Positions 26,052 through 40,070 are shown, counted from the first letter of the stretch. The stretch: 64,000 nt of DNA from Eremomyces bilateralis CBS 781.70 (GCA_010015585.1 ML975163.1), one strand, 5' to 3'. Notes: a model not told the origin generated them from the letters alone. Numbers and translations are program-made.

Positions 26052-26094
26052 CTTTTGAGACTTTTGAGACTTTTGAGACTTTTGAGACTTTTGA
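26052..26094. repeat. 9-bp tandem repeat (CTTTTGAGA)x4.8 upstream of the Zn2Cys6 gene
   Basis: cttttgaga cttttgaga cttttgaga cttttgaga cttttga. Confidence 0.9.
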
Positions 26095-26366
26095 TGGGTG
26101 ACGATGTTAATACTGATGGCAATATCATCCATCCGGTACATATTCATCTTAAGGAAATTACAGATTGAGGTGATATCAGGCTGCCAGGCTGTTAGAGAGG
26201 CACGGGAACGTAGGGTCCAGCCACAAGGTCTAGACTCCAGCCACAATTGACCCCCTGTGTATGATCAGATCATCACCAGATAATCGTTCCACCAGAAACT
26301 GAAACTGAAATTCAGACAAATCACAACCGTTATTATCTTTGAATTTCCACTTTCAACCCCATATCG

Positions 26367-28728
26367 ATGCGTCGAATGGAGCCAAGCGGCGCCAATCCTG
26401 CCGATCATGGACTGATATACGACCTTTCGTCATTCACCCCCTCCCTCTCGGAGCCACCCGCTCTCCCCACGCCTACCGCCTCCACTTCGGACACGAGCGC
26501 AAACCCTATGCCAAATGTACCACCACACAAGCGCAAAGCCCGTCCTCAGAAAGTGTGTCAACCATGTCGTATGCGCAAGGTCAAGTGCACATACGAGTTC
26601 CCATGCAAGACGTGTATTGAGCGGGGACATCCGGAACTCTGTGAATATCTCCCGGACCTACCATCCAAACGCATATACTCTACCGCCCACCTGGAGGACG
26701 GAGAGCGATTCATCCCGTCCAAAGAACAATGGACGGAAATGGGCGACCGAATCGCGGGGGTGGAGAACGTACTTCGTGAGCTGCGGGATGGCTTACATCG
26801 GCTTCAAGCTCAGCTCGGACACGGCAAGGCAGCGCCACTGGCAGCCACGGATGCCGATCAGGATACATCCTCTACCCACTCCGATCGGACCGTTCTACAA
26901 GGTATGTCGGCAAGTAATGAGCTAGCCGGAGACTCGATTTACCTTGGAGAAAATTCGGTTCCGGCCATGGTTGTTGCTCTCGTCAAAAATACCAATATGG
27001 ACAAGACCACCGCCGTTGAGGAGGTTCTGGGTAAGAGTATCCTGCCGGTATTCGGTCTGGACAATGAGAGCGCAACTTATCCATTTGTCGACCTCTGGGG
27101 AATACCGCACGGTTCCTTCAAGAGGATCGAGTTATTGTGCAAACTGCTGCCCACGACTGATTCGGACTGCATCCGGACGTTTCAACAATACCGAGATACG
27201 GCCCATGTTATCTTCCCGGGAATCGTTGACATTGCTCAATTTGAAAGTGATCTGCTTGATTTTCTTCGGCATCGCAGCTGGGAACCGCTAGCTGTACAGC
27301 CTGGTAACTTAGATAACCAAACCGTATACGGGCGGGACCTACACTGGCTTGGACTGCTTTTCGCAGCCCTGGCGTCTGGCGTCCAATGCTCCGATCTCCC
27401 GCGTAAGGAACGCCAATTGAAATCGCAGGTTTATGGTATGGTGATATTTCATTATCGTAGATGTGCTGCTCGTTCTAACTGGTTGCTAAGTTTGCTGCGC
27501 ATATGAGTGCCTTCGGATCGTAAACTACCTCTCTCGCTCCACCCTTTCTGACCTCCAAAACTTATTGGTTCTTGGGAACGTCATCTCAAATAACATGAAC
27601 GCGGGGGTTGCCTGGTCACTTCTTGGTAAGCCTTGTCACATGGAGCAGCGGGACACAACAGGGTCTGATTGCTTGTAGGTCTGACGATTCGTCTTGCCCA
27701 GAGTTTGGGTCTCCATTACGAGGTTCCCGCATCTGATCCATCCGCAAATCAGACTGCGAAAAGCAGCATCTGGTATATACCCCTTACCCTAGAATTCTGG
27801 TACGCTCATTGACTCGTCATCTAGGTGGCAGATTATCTGGCAAGATAGTCTATTATCCATTACGTTTGATAGGAGCTCTCAGGCATCTATAGCAGCCCAC
27901 CTGAGCCATCGTAAGACCACCTCTAAGTTGTCTTACATCAACTTCATGCGTCGGCTCTGCAAGATGGGCCTAGACATTGTCCAGCGCAGAACCGTTGCCA
28001 AGCCCACTCAGGCCAAATTTCTCGAGATCATGGAGATCCGCAACCAGATCAAAGAAGACGAACAGCATCTAGAACCCCATCTCACTGACATCGCCAACTG
28101 CCGGTCGATGCGCGAGCAACTCGAGTTCTGGAACCTCTACCTCCATCGCTCCTACATCCTCTCCGAACTCTGTCGCCCCACCCTCAACCGTCACAAAGTT
28201 CCCTACCAGCAAGAGGAGCTCGCTCGCTCCCTACACACTCTCTGCGTGGAGAGCCTGACCAACACCGTCGACGCCTTCCTCGGACTGCAGAACATCACCT
28301 CCTTCGCAACGCAGTCCTGGGCCGCCGTGCACCGCTCACTCAGCTGCGCCTTGCTTCTCGGCATCCTCGGCGAGGCGTCCCGTAGCAATCGGGTCCGCAA
28401 TCTCGTCGGCCGGCTCACCACCGTCATGTCCCACGTGGTGTCGAGCGTCGATCGGAGCGAGCTGTCGACCCCGCTGGCGCGGTCGATGGCGGCGTTGGTG
28501 AAGTTGAGTGCGGAGCCGCCGCCGGCGGAGAACGAGCCGTCGCAGATGACGTTGGCGTTCGAGGATTGGAATGAGGCGGACGATTTGATGTCGGGGGTGG
28601 CGAGGGCGGGGAATATGGATTCGCCATTGCCGCATTCCTCGAAGTCGTCGTCGAGTAGCGAGACATCGCCGTATTCAGTCCTGAATTCGATCATGTGGGG
28701 ACCGCTCGATATGCTGCCTCTTGGTTGA
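26367..28728 (+). CDS. Zn(II)2Cys6 transcription factor with fungal-specific TF domain
   Basis: CQPCRMRKVKCTYEFPCKTCIERGHPELC cluster followed by a coiled coil; middle region AGVAWSLLGLTIRLAQSLGLH..WWQIIWQDSLLSITFDR; introns ~27436-27489, ~27626-27678, ~27773-27824; start could be 26376. Confidence 0.93.
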
Positions 28729-30091
28729 GGTTTTCCTACCAATTCTTGAGAAATATTTTCGACATGCAAAATGGGGCGAAGAGCTTCATGTACAGTACAT
28801 ATAACGATCATACCCTTCCAGTTAGCGAAGATAATGTGCAAACGACTGTATTTGTTTTGATGAACCATGATGGAATATCAAGCGCATCTGGAATAGTAAG
28901 TGACGTGGTTCGCGCAACAATGATGTCCTTCACGAGGATATCAAGTAACGACCTTTCGAACACGATTCCGAAACCTCGATGTATGCTTCCGTCTCCTTGT
29001 CAATTCGCGAACTCGAGAAATGTCACCAGTCTTGGTCATCTTTCCAAGGAGCTCCCCAACCCCAGAGAATTCCTTGATGACTCCAGAAGCCTTCCTCGGG
29101 GGATTGCTGTGCGGTTTATGATCATCCTCGTCTTACTACGATGTCCAGTGGCTAACAAAGTCCCGACACTCGAAGCTGAAGTTGAAGACATGACTCATAC
29201 TTATAACTGGAAAGTCCCATTAGAGCTGTGATGAAATGGCCGGAGACAACTCCCGCGACTTCTGGCGGAGTAGTCATGAAAGTTGCTTGAAAAGCATACA
29301 CTGTCGGCCGGTACCGGAACTCATATACAGTCGCACATTCGAAATGTGAGCAGTGAGATCGAAATAGGATGCAGACAATTAATATTCGAGCAGCTCTTCG
29401 GAGCAATCGAGATCTCCTAATAATGTGCCCCATACATTTTTCGGCAACAGCACGATGCTCACGCCATCGGAGCTTCGGCGAACTCCCGACATCAGTTCAT
29501 TATCACAGGATTCTCAGCCCTGCCGTTATGTCCCCGAACTCCCCGAGCTCCCCGAGACCCCGACTTCCCTTCCCGATCCGATCTCCCCGAATCATTTCTG
29601 CATCCAGTGCGGCAGTGGAACTCCAGCGAGCTTCAACGACGTGATCTGGTTCCACGCTACTATCGAATCCTGCCAAGCTACGTGATTCTAGAACCTGAGT
29701 CCGCGGAGTGCCCTCCGCGGTCCAGACGCGCTATCCTGCGTCCAGCGTAGGAGATGAACGCATGTCCGAATATTGTAGACGCGGCAGGACGAAAGCGGAT
29801 CTCACGGACGGTTCTGGATGACACTGACCTATCATAGTAGTTACCGAGTAACCAAGTGCTAGCATTTTCTTTCCAATATCAAATGTTTATAGGTGGGCTT
29901 CATGGCGTTGTCACCGGGGCTCCGATGAACTTTATATGATTGAGTTGCCCTCGATGGTTACACGAATGCCTTTTCTTACCATTGCAAGCTACTCTCAACA
30001 CATCTTCATTACAACCGAGTCACATTGAGTCATTTTATACAAGTGTGAACGTCATAGATCCGCTTCAGCAGATCTGATATACCCCACTGCA

Positions 30092-30754
30092 ATGGATCCT
30101 ACTCAGTACCAATTCGACCCTTTCTTGTCAATAGACAACCTACCTTCATGGCCCATCATGGATCAAACACTGTTCCAAAACACAAAGTCTCCAGCTGATT
30201 CAGATGCATTCGTCGGCTCATGGTCACAACTCGGTACTATAAACCCATCACCAACGGAGGAAGACTACTTCGACTTCAATCTCATCTCTCCCTCATCACT
30301 CGAAGGAGACTGGACCGCACTCCCGACCTACCCCTCTTCAACCATCCCCTCAACACCCTCTCTCAGCGCTTCCCACAGCCCCTCCATGACCTCCGTCTCC
30401 TCCGAAACCGACGACGCCCCTCCCTTCCCCCCACCCACCAAGCGTCGACGCGGCCGACCGCGATCGACCCTCCCCAAACCCAGCAACGCCTGCAAGCCCT
30501 CGCCGACCTGCAGCGGCCGCACCCCCCACAAATACGTCGAGCAGAAATACCGGCACTCCGTCACCGCGGCGTTCCAAAACCTGCAGAATGTCGTGTTTCC
30601 GCAGCTGGACGACCGGGATCGGACCGGGTTCGGTCGCCTGTCCCCGACGAAGACGGCGATCTTGATTCAGGCGCGGGAGTATATTCAGCAGCTGGAGCGG
30701 CAGAACGCGCGGTTGCAAGAGACAGTTGAGGAATTGAAGGACGCGATGCCGTAG
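30092..30754 (+). CDS. bHLH(-ZIP) transcription factor
   Basis: C-terminal RTPHKYVEQKYRHSVTAAFQNLQNVV...TKTAILIQAREYIQQLERQNARLQETVEEL; acidic N-terminus; intronless. Confidence 0.88.
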   Translation: MDPTQYQFDPFLSIDNLPSWPIMDQTLFQNTKSPADSDAFVGSWSQLGTINPSPTEEDYFDFNLISPSSLEGDWTALPTYPSSTIPSTPSLSASHSPSMTSVSSETDDAPPFPPPTKRRRGRPRSTLPKPSNACKPSPTCSGRTPHKYVEQKYRHSVTAAFQNLQNVVFPQLDDRDRTGFGRLSPTKTAILIQAREYIQQLERQNARLQETVEELKDAMP

Positions 30755-31558
30755 GATGGGTCGGGTTCGGGGATGTCGTGGATTGGCGGACGATGGGATT
30801 GGATGATGATCAACGTGCTCCCTACGTTTCTGGATATTAACGAAAGGTCGAGCCTTGGCCAAATGAACGGCGTTGGGGTCTCGTGTTTGATGGATTGGGT
30901 AGCGTAGGCACACCAGAACGGATCGGCGGACTATGCTCCGGGGATGTAATATAGCTCGCTATGTTAATAATTCCTTCTCTCTGAGAACTTCTCAATCTAC
31001 CCATTTCTTGGACTTGAATGATCGCGGGAACCGATTTGTCAAACCATTTCAAGAGACCGGGACCTGATCGATAACGAAAGGGATCAGCAATAGTAGCCCA
31101 AAAGTATCGCGAGAAGATAGAGCTCTGGAGCTTAACCTGCTCTCAATCCAGGGTCCAAGAGGAGACAGTTTGATGATTTCCCCGATTCTCCACACTGGAT
31201 TCGTGCAGTCGCTTGGTTTGAGCGGGTAGTTATCCGGCCATTGCGTCATAGTTCAATTGCATGTATTGTGGCATACGGAGTAAACTCGGAAGATTTCCAT
31301 GTTCTTCGTTCCGTTTTTAGTTTTACGAGTGGGATGATCGACGGAAAAGCTGTCAAAGTAGTGGAGTGGCGTGACTGGCGATGATGTCGAATGTACCTCA
31401 TTTAAGGGAACAACAATCACGATATTAGTTGGGAATCCGTGCTATTGTAAACACATCAAACCAGACTGTCGTTGCACAAATCGAGGGTAATCGTGAGCAC
31501 CTCTACGACTACGAAGTATACCGTACCTACGACTGAATCCATATACCCCCAACTCAAC

Positions 31559-32390
31559 ATGAAGTCCATCCTCATCGTTGGCGGAACCCGCAATCTGGGG
31601 AAAGCACTTTGCACACATTACACGAGAGAGCCAAATACCACTGTGTATGCCACCGCGCGATACGGCCAACCGACTCACCATCCGCCGAACGTCCACTGGA
31701 TCAGTGGAGTTGACATTTCCCACGACAACGCCGGCTACAAAGTGGCACTCGGCTGGAGCGGCGAAATCCCCATCGACATCGTCTACATCGTCGCGACCGG
31801 CTCCCACAGCCACTTCGTCCCGGAGACGCTGGAGAATCCGAACCTCGAAGCAGAACTGAACATGTACAAGACCTTCGCCATCGGCCCGCTGCTTCTCGTC
31901 CAAAACCTCATCCGACAAAACATCCTCGCGAAGGGCGCTAAGGTCATCTTCATCGGCAACGAGGCCGGGAGCATCGCCTTGAGGAACAAGGGCGGCGACT
32001 ACGGCTACCATGGAAGCCAGGCCGCGTTGAACATGACTGCACGGCTGCTGAGCTTCGATCTCAAGCCGAAGGGCATCGCCGTGGGCGTCATCTATCCGGG
32101 TCACATGAAATTGCTGGGCGAGCATAAGCACACGATACACGGCGATGAGGTTGCCCCAGCGGTGGCGTCGAAGGCCGTGGTGGAGTTCGTGGAAAACGAG
32201 TTTAACCTGGAGAAGTCTGGACAGCTATGGGCTGCCAGAGGTTTCGCGTAAGTTGCTCCTCACTATTGTCATCGCTATTGTCATTGTTGAGCGTTGAACT
32301 GACACGTCATACAGGAGCTTGCCGAACCTTGAAGGCAGTCTTGTTGAAGGCAACGCGGCGGACGAAAAGCCCATTGAGCTTCCATGGTAG
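31559..32390 (+). CDS. Short-chain dehydrogenase/reductase (CsgA/C-factor-like)
   Basis: ILIVGGTRNLG Rossmann start, VYATAR, GNEAGSI, YGYHGSQAALNM (YxxxK has Q in place of K), GVIYPG; intron ~32248-32314; ends ELPW. Confidence 0.85.
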
Positions 32391-32771
32391 ATAAAAAGGG
32401 TATTAGTGGGAATAGGAACGATATTTCATCCTGTACAAATCGTCATAAGGCAGGTGAATGTTGGAAGAAGCGAGGGATATGAAGTCATGAATTGCATGGG
32501 TGATGATGGATCACATGTATGGAAAATCAGAAGTTGGGCCTCAGGCAGTCAGGCAGAAACCCGAGTTCGATGATAGGACTGGATAATAATATGAGATTTA
32601 CGACCAGCCAGAATTTCCAGCTCGGCATCATCCCCGAGTCATCTCATCAACCGTTCATTTCCCAGTTGATATTCCCTTCACGGGGTAATTAACTAGTTGC
32701 AGGAAGTGTATCCGCTCCATAGGTCATGTACTAATATCTTAACTAAATCCGAAGTCCTGTCTTTCAAAATC

Positions 32772-33667
32772 ATGTCCCTCCTCCACCGGCCGATGCCGCT
32801 CACCTTGCCCTTCCGAGCTCTAGATGTCCTCCTCCGTGGAGCCCGACAGCCCATAAACAGCGAGTTCGCAATCGCCCGACACTTCTCGAACGTCTCCCGT
32901 GCTCATCCTATCCCCCGACTCCCCCGTAATGCACCCGCCCGCATCCCTCGACGCCGCATCCACACCACCAAACGCCTCTCCGACCAGCCTCACACTCCCC
33001 CCTCCGGCTCCTTTCCCCCTCAACCACAAACTATCTCTCAGAAGCTTAAGGCCCTCAGCAGAGAATACGGGTACTCTGCCGTCGGCGTATACCTCGCCCT
33101 CTCTGCGTTGGATTTTCCGTTCTGCTACCTCGCGGTGCGGTGGCTTGGCACGGATCGGATCGGCCGGTGGGAGCATAAGATCCTTGGCGGGTTTTGGTGG
33201 ATGGTGGGGATGGTGGCGCCGGGTATGGCGGAGCGGAGGGCGGAGAGGGTGACGGTGGGAGCGGACGGGGTTGGAGGGGATGGGGATGGGATGGAAGGGG
33301 GGATGGACATGGAAAAGGAGATTGGGGGACGAAAGACTGAGGGGGGTGAGCATGGTTCGGGTGAAGGAACAGCGAGTAAGTCGATATCCATTTCGGTTCG
33401 GGTCAATATTGTTTTCGTAGGGCGTGCTCGAGTTAGCCCCTGTCGAATCGGCAGTTGATGATGCCTGCCAAGGCGATCTGCTATTATACATGCTGACTGT
33501 TGACCTTTCCAGCAATCTGGACCCAGCTGGCACTGGCGTATGCGATCCACAAATCCCTAATCTTCATCCGGGTGCCGCTCACGGCTGCCGTCTTGCCCAA
33601 GGTTGTTAAAACCTTGAGGAGCTGGGGTTACAATATTGGGAAGAAAAGACCGAAGCCCTCGCATTAG
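32772..33667 (+). CDS. Mitochondrial DUF1279 protein (Nat2/FAM210-like)
   Basis: Arg-rich presequence; LKALSREYGYSAVGVYLALSALDFPFC; after intron ~33376-33512, IWTQLALAYAIHKSLIFIRVPLTAAVLPKVVK. Confidence 0.88.
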
Positions 33668-34101
33668 TCTTACAGTTCAAGGACAATCGGCACTTGACAT
33701 CTCGGCTCTGTTGGCTAGAAGGAGGGCGCGATTGTTACTGGGCAGGGGCTGTTCACTGTACGCGCAATGTACAGGTGATCGTTGGTTAAGAAGGTATCTC
33801 AACTTATCATTATTTTGGTATGAGCGGGATTGGGTGGTTCAGGCCCGCAAACAGTGACCGGGAGTCGGATCATTACAGATCGATCGTTAGGACATCTAAT
33901 ATCTGTATGATAGTGTGGTCGGAAGTGTTACAAGACAGTAGTCGACGCAAGTCTTTCAAATGTATCCATAGCCATCCCGCCAACAGGTTCGCTTTTGCTA
34001 TAACAGCGCTTTAACCGAATCTCCCGTGCTCCAGATCCCAAAACAAGTCAAACATTTGGTATATAAGATGTAGCCCACCGCTACAAATCCCTCGATTTGC
34101 C

Positions 34102-36820
34102 TCAGTCATCGAGCGGCTGCGAGCCGATGACCTTCAGGACTTCGAGTAACTTTCTCCATGCGGCACTCATGTATTCAGCCTTCTCTCCAAATCCGCATTG
34201 GATGACGACGCGAATCGTCATCATCGAGAACCACCTTCGAGCACGGTCTTCTTGCAGATTGTCGATGGGTACGTCTCGAATTCCTGGGGCCTGGGACCAT
34301 AAGTCAAGGGTCGAAGAATATGAACCACTCTGAGTGGCGGGAAAGATTCCGGGGATGGGATCGAAGGAGGGAGCAGCGGAAAGGTCGAATGTAGAGGAGC
34401 GGGGATCTGCGTCCAGCGCAGAAAAGGTGTCCGGGTGGCTTGGGTAGCTATATGCATCGGAACATGTGACGACTGGGTTGGGTCCGAGGCAAGCAGAGGA
34501 GAGGGTAGAGCGAGGGAAGATGAAATCCGAGTGGCCTGGTGAAAAGGGGTAAGGTGAGGAAAATGCAGGTGTTATGGTCGAAGATGAAATGGGGGGTGTG
34601 GAGGTCCCGATCTGCCCATCGGAGTTGAAGTAGTCTCGAATCATGTCGTCGCTTGGTCTCTGGGAAAAGCTCAGCAGGGGACCAATGCTGCCAAACCCGA
34701 CATTAGACATGGCTGCCGAGTTGCTGGGGATGTCGAACCGCTCGTCGGTGGATGAAGTGAAGGGTTGCGGAGTATCCATTCCCATAGTTGTTGCTGCATC
34801 CGAGGGGCGAGCAGAAGAGCTGCAATTGAAGTTCCGAGCGGGGTTGGAGGCAACGGCACCTACAGAAACGCACCAGAGCAGGACTCCAGCCATATCGCCC
34901 CAGAAATCCGAGGTGCCGCTCGCTTCTAATGCCTCGCGGATTCGCATGGCGAGGTTGGGCTGTCGCCTCGGCCCCCTTGGAGCATCTCTCGTAATTCCAT
35001 CGGCACCGATGATTGGCGGTGGGGTTGAGCGCGGAGCGTCGGGTCCTGTCGCTGGGTCTGTGGCAGTTCGAGATGCGACAGAAAGAGGGACTTTGTTGAC
35101 AATTGCGTAGGAATACAAGACAGCGGTTAGTCGTATAGCTTCGTACACCATGTCCGGTCGAGTTCCCGGAGGAAGGTTGTGTGCAGCAGCTTTCGCTGAT
35201 AAAATACGGGTGTGAAGATCGTATATGGTCATTAGCCTGGTTTCATGTGAACGTCGGTTGTATTGCTGATTAGACTCCGGGTATTCGTGAGCTGTTGAGG
35301 ACTTGACGTTCTCATAGGAAGTTGATCTGCAGAACGGCGCGGTATGCCCATCGTAGGAATCTTCATTGGGTTCGACGAAGAGGTTGGTCATGTCGCGCGC
35401 GTCACAGATGAGCTCGTATATCGCAGGAGTACACCTTTTAGATCGAAGAACCGTGAAAAAATCGTCTCTCGGACAGTAGAGTGGCGATTCGACGATGGTT
35501 TTACTTGGATCCCGGCGTATCAGGCGAGGGTTCACCGGGATATAATCCATGTACTCTTTCCAAGGAAGCCTTTCACGAAACCCGGCTGAAAAGTACACAG
35601 CCCTGAGGTTTGTTAGTACGACTGCTCACTGCTCTATATAGATATGGCAAGTAGATTTAGGGGGTGGCTTACAAGCATGCAGTGACTGCCAATACACCAT
35701 TCATGCCAATGTTGGATAGTCCTCCGTTAGTAAATACCAGTTCCCGCAACCCTTTCGTATGGGTTGAGATGGTCCATTCGTCTCCGCGGATGACTTCACT
35801 GAGAGCTAGGTGCGCGACAGTCATCATAGTCACGTCGTGCTTTGCTCTCTCCGGATCAGACAAGGCTTCTGAAAGCATGTTCATAACCTGAATTTTCACC
35901 GCAATTGTAATGGCGCTTTCCCCTACCAATCCATTCACGGTGTCGAAGTGGACGGCTCCAAGAATGATGCCACTAAGGAAGCTAAGTCGATGCTTGATCA
36001 GAGTGGGCATCCAATATATATTCATGCCCTTGGATGAAAATGCGTGCGCCGCTGAAGAAGTGGTGGTCAGAAAAGGTCTGATACTAAACAATCTGCAGTG
36101 CGTGGATGTTGACTGACTGTGCATTTTCAGACGAGCGATATTGATACCCGACCTGCCCAGCTGAGGCATAGCGAGGAACGTGTCGATTCCGCCATCGATT
36201 ATCATCCCTGGTTCGGTGCCACTTAAAAGGAGCGCCTCGACCAAACGGCAGGCTTCTTTAACTTCTTCGACAAACTTCTTCTCCGCGTGACCTTTTGAGC
36301 TCAAGAGTCCTTGACGAGCGAGCTGCAAATGCGCTGTATAATATCGACTGAGACCCTGTGACACCGCCTTCGGACGGCCTGCTGCAATGACCATTTGATG
36401 CCCTGGTGTTACACTGCAAGGGTGCGTACCGATCTCAAGGGTGCTTCGAGACGGAGCAGGCTGCCTCGACGATTGTAGCTCTATTTCGCTAGGTTGGCCT
36501 TCCACCTTTGAACTGGATTCGCCATGACTTAGAGTGGCCGCATCCTTCTTCTGTAGAAAGTTCATCATAACATGGGAGCGGATGGATTTGAGCTGGGCTT
36601 TCGACTGATTCGGGTTGGTGATGGTAACGAAGTGGAACGGCTCTTGAGTGCGAGCATTTATCCTGGAGCTCTTCTTCACTCGTGGCTTGGCTGTACTTCG
36701 AGACTTAGTGTGGCTGTTCTCTGGTTCCGTTAGTTACGATCCATTAGTTGTGATCTGTGGAGGAGCGAAAAGTTGCTAGGCAGATCTTGCGAACTGGCGC
36801 TCACGATCAATAGAATCCAT
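34102..36820 (-). CDS. Fungal-specific putative transcription regulator (IRSHVM-type N-terminus)
   Basis: FHFVTITNP...IRSHVM motif; helical middle with ALSD..HTKGLRELVFTNGGL; YEAIRLTAVLY, WGDMAGVLLW; three or more introns (~36804-36721, ~36116-36062, ~35669-35604); start codon uncertain. Confidence 0.75.
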
Positions 36821-38745
36821 AAGATACCCCTCCAAGCATTGCAATGTTCTCAACAGTGATTGGCCTGAGAGCACCAAGGAATTGCTTCACTTACCATATG
36901 TACTGGGCGTTTGCATCGTAGTCACCATCTATACTAAGTCAGCTGTAGATCTAGAAAGCTAGTTCGGCGTCACGAATAAGCAAGCACTTGAGACGTTGAA
37001 CCGAGAATATCAACCTTACATTGGCATTTGGCTCTTCCTGGCCAAAGGACATTATGCCCTCTTGAGGTTCGAGACGACCGGTTCCTGTTGCCATCATGCT
37101 CGGTGGCTAAGATGGAGGGGACGGTGGACGAAAGGGGAAAATGATATATTTGGTATAATGCTTCAACTGGGGATTGGAGAAGGCAGCGATGCACCCCTGG
37201 AACGCGGGTAAATCTCGAGTCCACGAGGTCGGAGGTGGAGCAGGAGTACGGGGGAGAGATGAGACTGTGTGCGGCGACTGGAGAAGCGATATAGGAGGTG
37301 AAAACCACCAGTTTACCGGCTAGTGAGCAACTCCAATTTGCTTCGGCCAACCACGTCGCCTCTGGCAGTCCCTAAAACGAAAATGTATTATCAATTATGT
37401 CTGATGGTCAAAGTTGGAATTGATACCACGATAAAGGAAGTTTGGAATCTAGATTCCTTCGAACGATGAATGAAAGTAGAAGCGGTCGACTTGAAAAATG
37501 GATCCCACTAACATCGGGTTTCCAACTTTCTAGGTGCGGGAATGAAACGGTTCACACGCGGGTAAGATGTTTAAAACCAAATGAATATGACTAAGAGAAG
37601 GTGTGTACGATGTGGGGGAGACTAACAAAGGCCATCAGGAAACGCGGCAGAGCAAGTAGTCATAGGAGAATAGGGAATGAGTGATTGGTATGGATGACGA
37701 AGATTTTGGGAAGCCTTATGAATATATCTGTATGCTTCAGGCTCCTCAGGGAATACCGAGAGTATGAGACAACAGAGTGCACATTGCATGCGATGTTGGT
37801 CAGAAGTCGTTCTTAGCAATTTAGGGGCTGGAATGAAGCATGATGGTGCGTCAAGGTGGAGTACCAATCGACTCTTTCGACCAGGGAGCCGGATACAGCA
37901 TGGAGAATTGCCATAATCTGAGCCAAGAGAAGCCGAGAAGTCGAGAATCGAGAGCCCCATTCGAAGTTCCTTGCTAGCCCCGGTAGCCCGAGAGAAAGAG
38001 GGTCAAGGTCCCAGGGATCAGTGTTGGTCCAATATTTCTAAGGATAAGAATTCAGATATGCCCCGAAGGCCGAACGGCTGGAAGCCTGAAACAGCTGAAT
38101 GGAGTTGCCAAGTGGCTGAGAAGTGAGTAGTTAGAGTGAGCAATGAACATGCACAGGAAGCTAGAAGTGCAAATTGCAAGGTCGAGATGAAAGGTGTAAG
38201 GCGGTGTATACATTCACTCAGGCGAGGATATTCCCAACGAGGAAGACACAGTTTTATCTGGCGTACCGCGTAACTGTTGCGTTAAGTCTAGCTAGATCAT
38301 GATGGTGTACCCAGTAGTATGCTGAGTCTCTGATGCACAATTTAATTCACGAGCGATGACTAAGGCGACGAATGGTGTGACTTGTGAACCGTGACCATGA
38401 GGTAGTAGCGTGCCAAAGACTCCTAGAGCCCACGATCGAACGTGTAATATTCCGTAGTGACCATCAAATTCCCAAGGGGCTAGGTATGCCGTAATGGCAG
38501 GCCACGCACGGCCCGAGTATCATGTAGCGGGAAATCGGTTCCTGCATGTGGATTCATGCTGGGGGTTGTAGCCTCTCGAATAGTGGAGGGAATGTTCAAT
38601 GATCGATCCTGATTCTTGTCACAAACCCTTGCGTATTCGGCAGTTATCTCCCCTCCAAACCACAAGGATATATTCAACGATTGGCCTCACAGAGTCACAA
38701 CTTAAAGGTGAATTGGGGTAATAGCATTTTATGCTCGTTGCTCGG

Positions 38746-38771
38746 TTGAGACTTGAGACTTGAGACTTGAG
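38746..38771. repeat. 7-bp tandem repeat (TTGAGAC)x3.7
   Basis: ttgagacttgagacttgagacttgag. Confidence 0.8.
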
Positions 38772-40070
38772 TCGGCGGCTCGGCGCTGTGTGGAGACTGG
38801 AATCGGTGGAGTGTGGAGTGTGGAACTGAGATAGGGCCGTTGGGGTCAAGAAATGAAGAAAGTGATAGGAATTGGGAATTTAAGTCTTAGGCCCTTATTA
38901 GGGTAGGGTGGGCGGAGTTTGGCGCCAAGGGCCAAAAATCCAAAATCTTCCATACTTGTGACCTGACACCGCTCGAAATCTAGTTCGCCAATTGTTTGGC
39001 GATAAAAACGTCCTCTATTAGTGTTTTCGACTAGACTCGCATTTCCAGCCCTAGAATTAGAAGAGACCTCTTCTATCAAGGATGTGATAATTCGCATCAA
39101 TCGCATGATGGTAGGGAGTGATAGGACGTGATACTGGGAAGGTACATCGGATATGGCGGAATCTAGCTCAATCCGCGTAGCGCTTAGAGAATTTGACGAA
39201 TAGGGTTTCCCGAAATATGATGTCAGTCAAAAGTCCAACCGTCCAACACGAGATTGCTGACTGTCAGCACCATATGTATATTTTAAAACAGCTTGTTCCT
39301 TCGCTTCTCAGATTTTCAGCCACCAGAAACCAAGAGGGTTGGTCAATAGACACCATGAATGCTACACACCGTACATACCATGGCGGATACGCCTTGCTGG
39401 TATGCCTTGTGATATGTGGACGTGCTCTCCTATCCTCATCGGTTCTAGTCTCACTGTGTCAGGACGGGATGTCGCGATCAGACAGCATCGTAGGATCATA
39501 GCCGATGAATCAGTCCCACTTACGCTCCTGAAGTTTCAATTGGATAAATCCGGTTAAAAATAAAGAGCAAAACTCAGTGACATGAGACGTCGGGGACGAG
39601 CCATCAACAACCGCATGACCCTCACGGGAAAGAAAAGCGGAAAACTAAATGGGTCGATATGTACGAGGTACGTAGGAGGCGGCCGCTATGAGCTTGAAGG
39701 TCACCATATATAGCACCCGAACTCGTCCTTATCACTGCGCTAAGCCCGGACTTTGGGGAGGAATACCGCACTGAATCTGCTGCTCGTCTGATTAAACAGG
39801 TGAGATTATAAGGCGGGAAGAGTGACGGTACAGGTTCGTGATAGTTTAGGATGGCGGATGGGCATCGATTTGTGATGGACTCAGTCCTACTAGATAGACG
39901 ATTATACACTGCTAACCACCAACTAGGGATCCAGTCTTGCCATGATGAATAGTCCACGGGATTCCGAGGAACCGAGGTACGCTCGTCGGTATTCCAAACA
40001 TTTCACAAGAACTCCTTGCTGTCCTAAGGGAAAAGAATCTAGAACGCGGTTGAACAACCAAACATAGCGC

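Noticed and set aside
26052..26094. Short tandem repeats (also 23164-23203, 38746-38771) as CRISPR-like or telomeric arrays
   Set aside because: No spacers, eukaryotic context, not TTAGGG; simple slippage repeats
29425..29685. 86-aa ORF with PELPELPETP and CIQC
   Set aside because: No family resemblance or other support; cannot be distinguished from a chance ORF
36900..40050. 3-kb region as a mobile element or hidden gene
   Set aside because: No transposase/RT motifs, terminal repeats or credible spliced ORF seen; best read as the long upstream region of the 34102-36820 regulator
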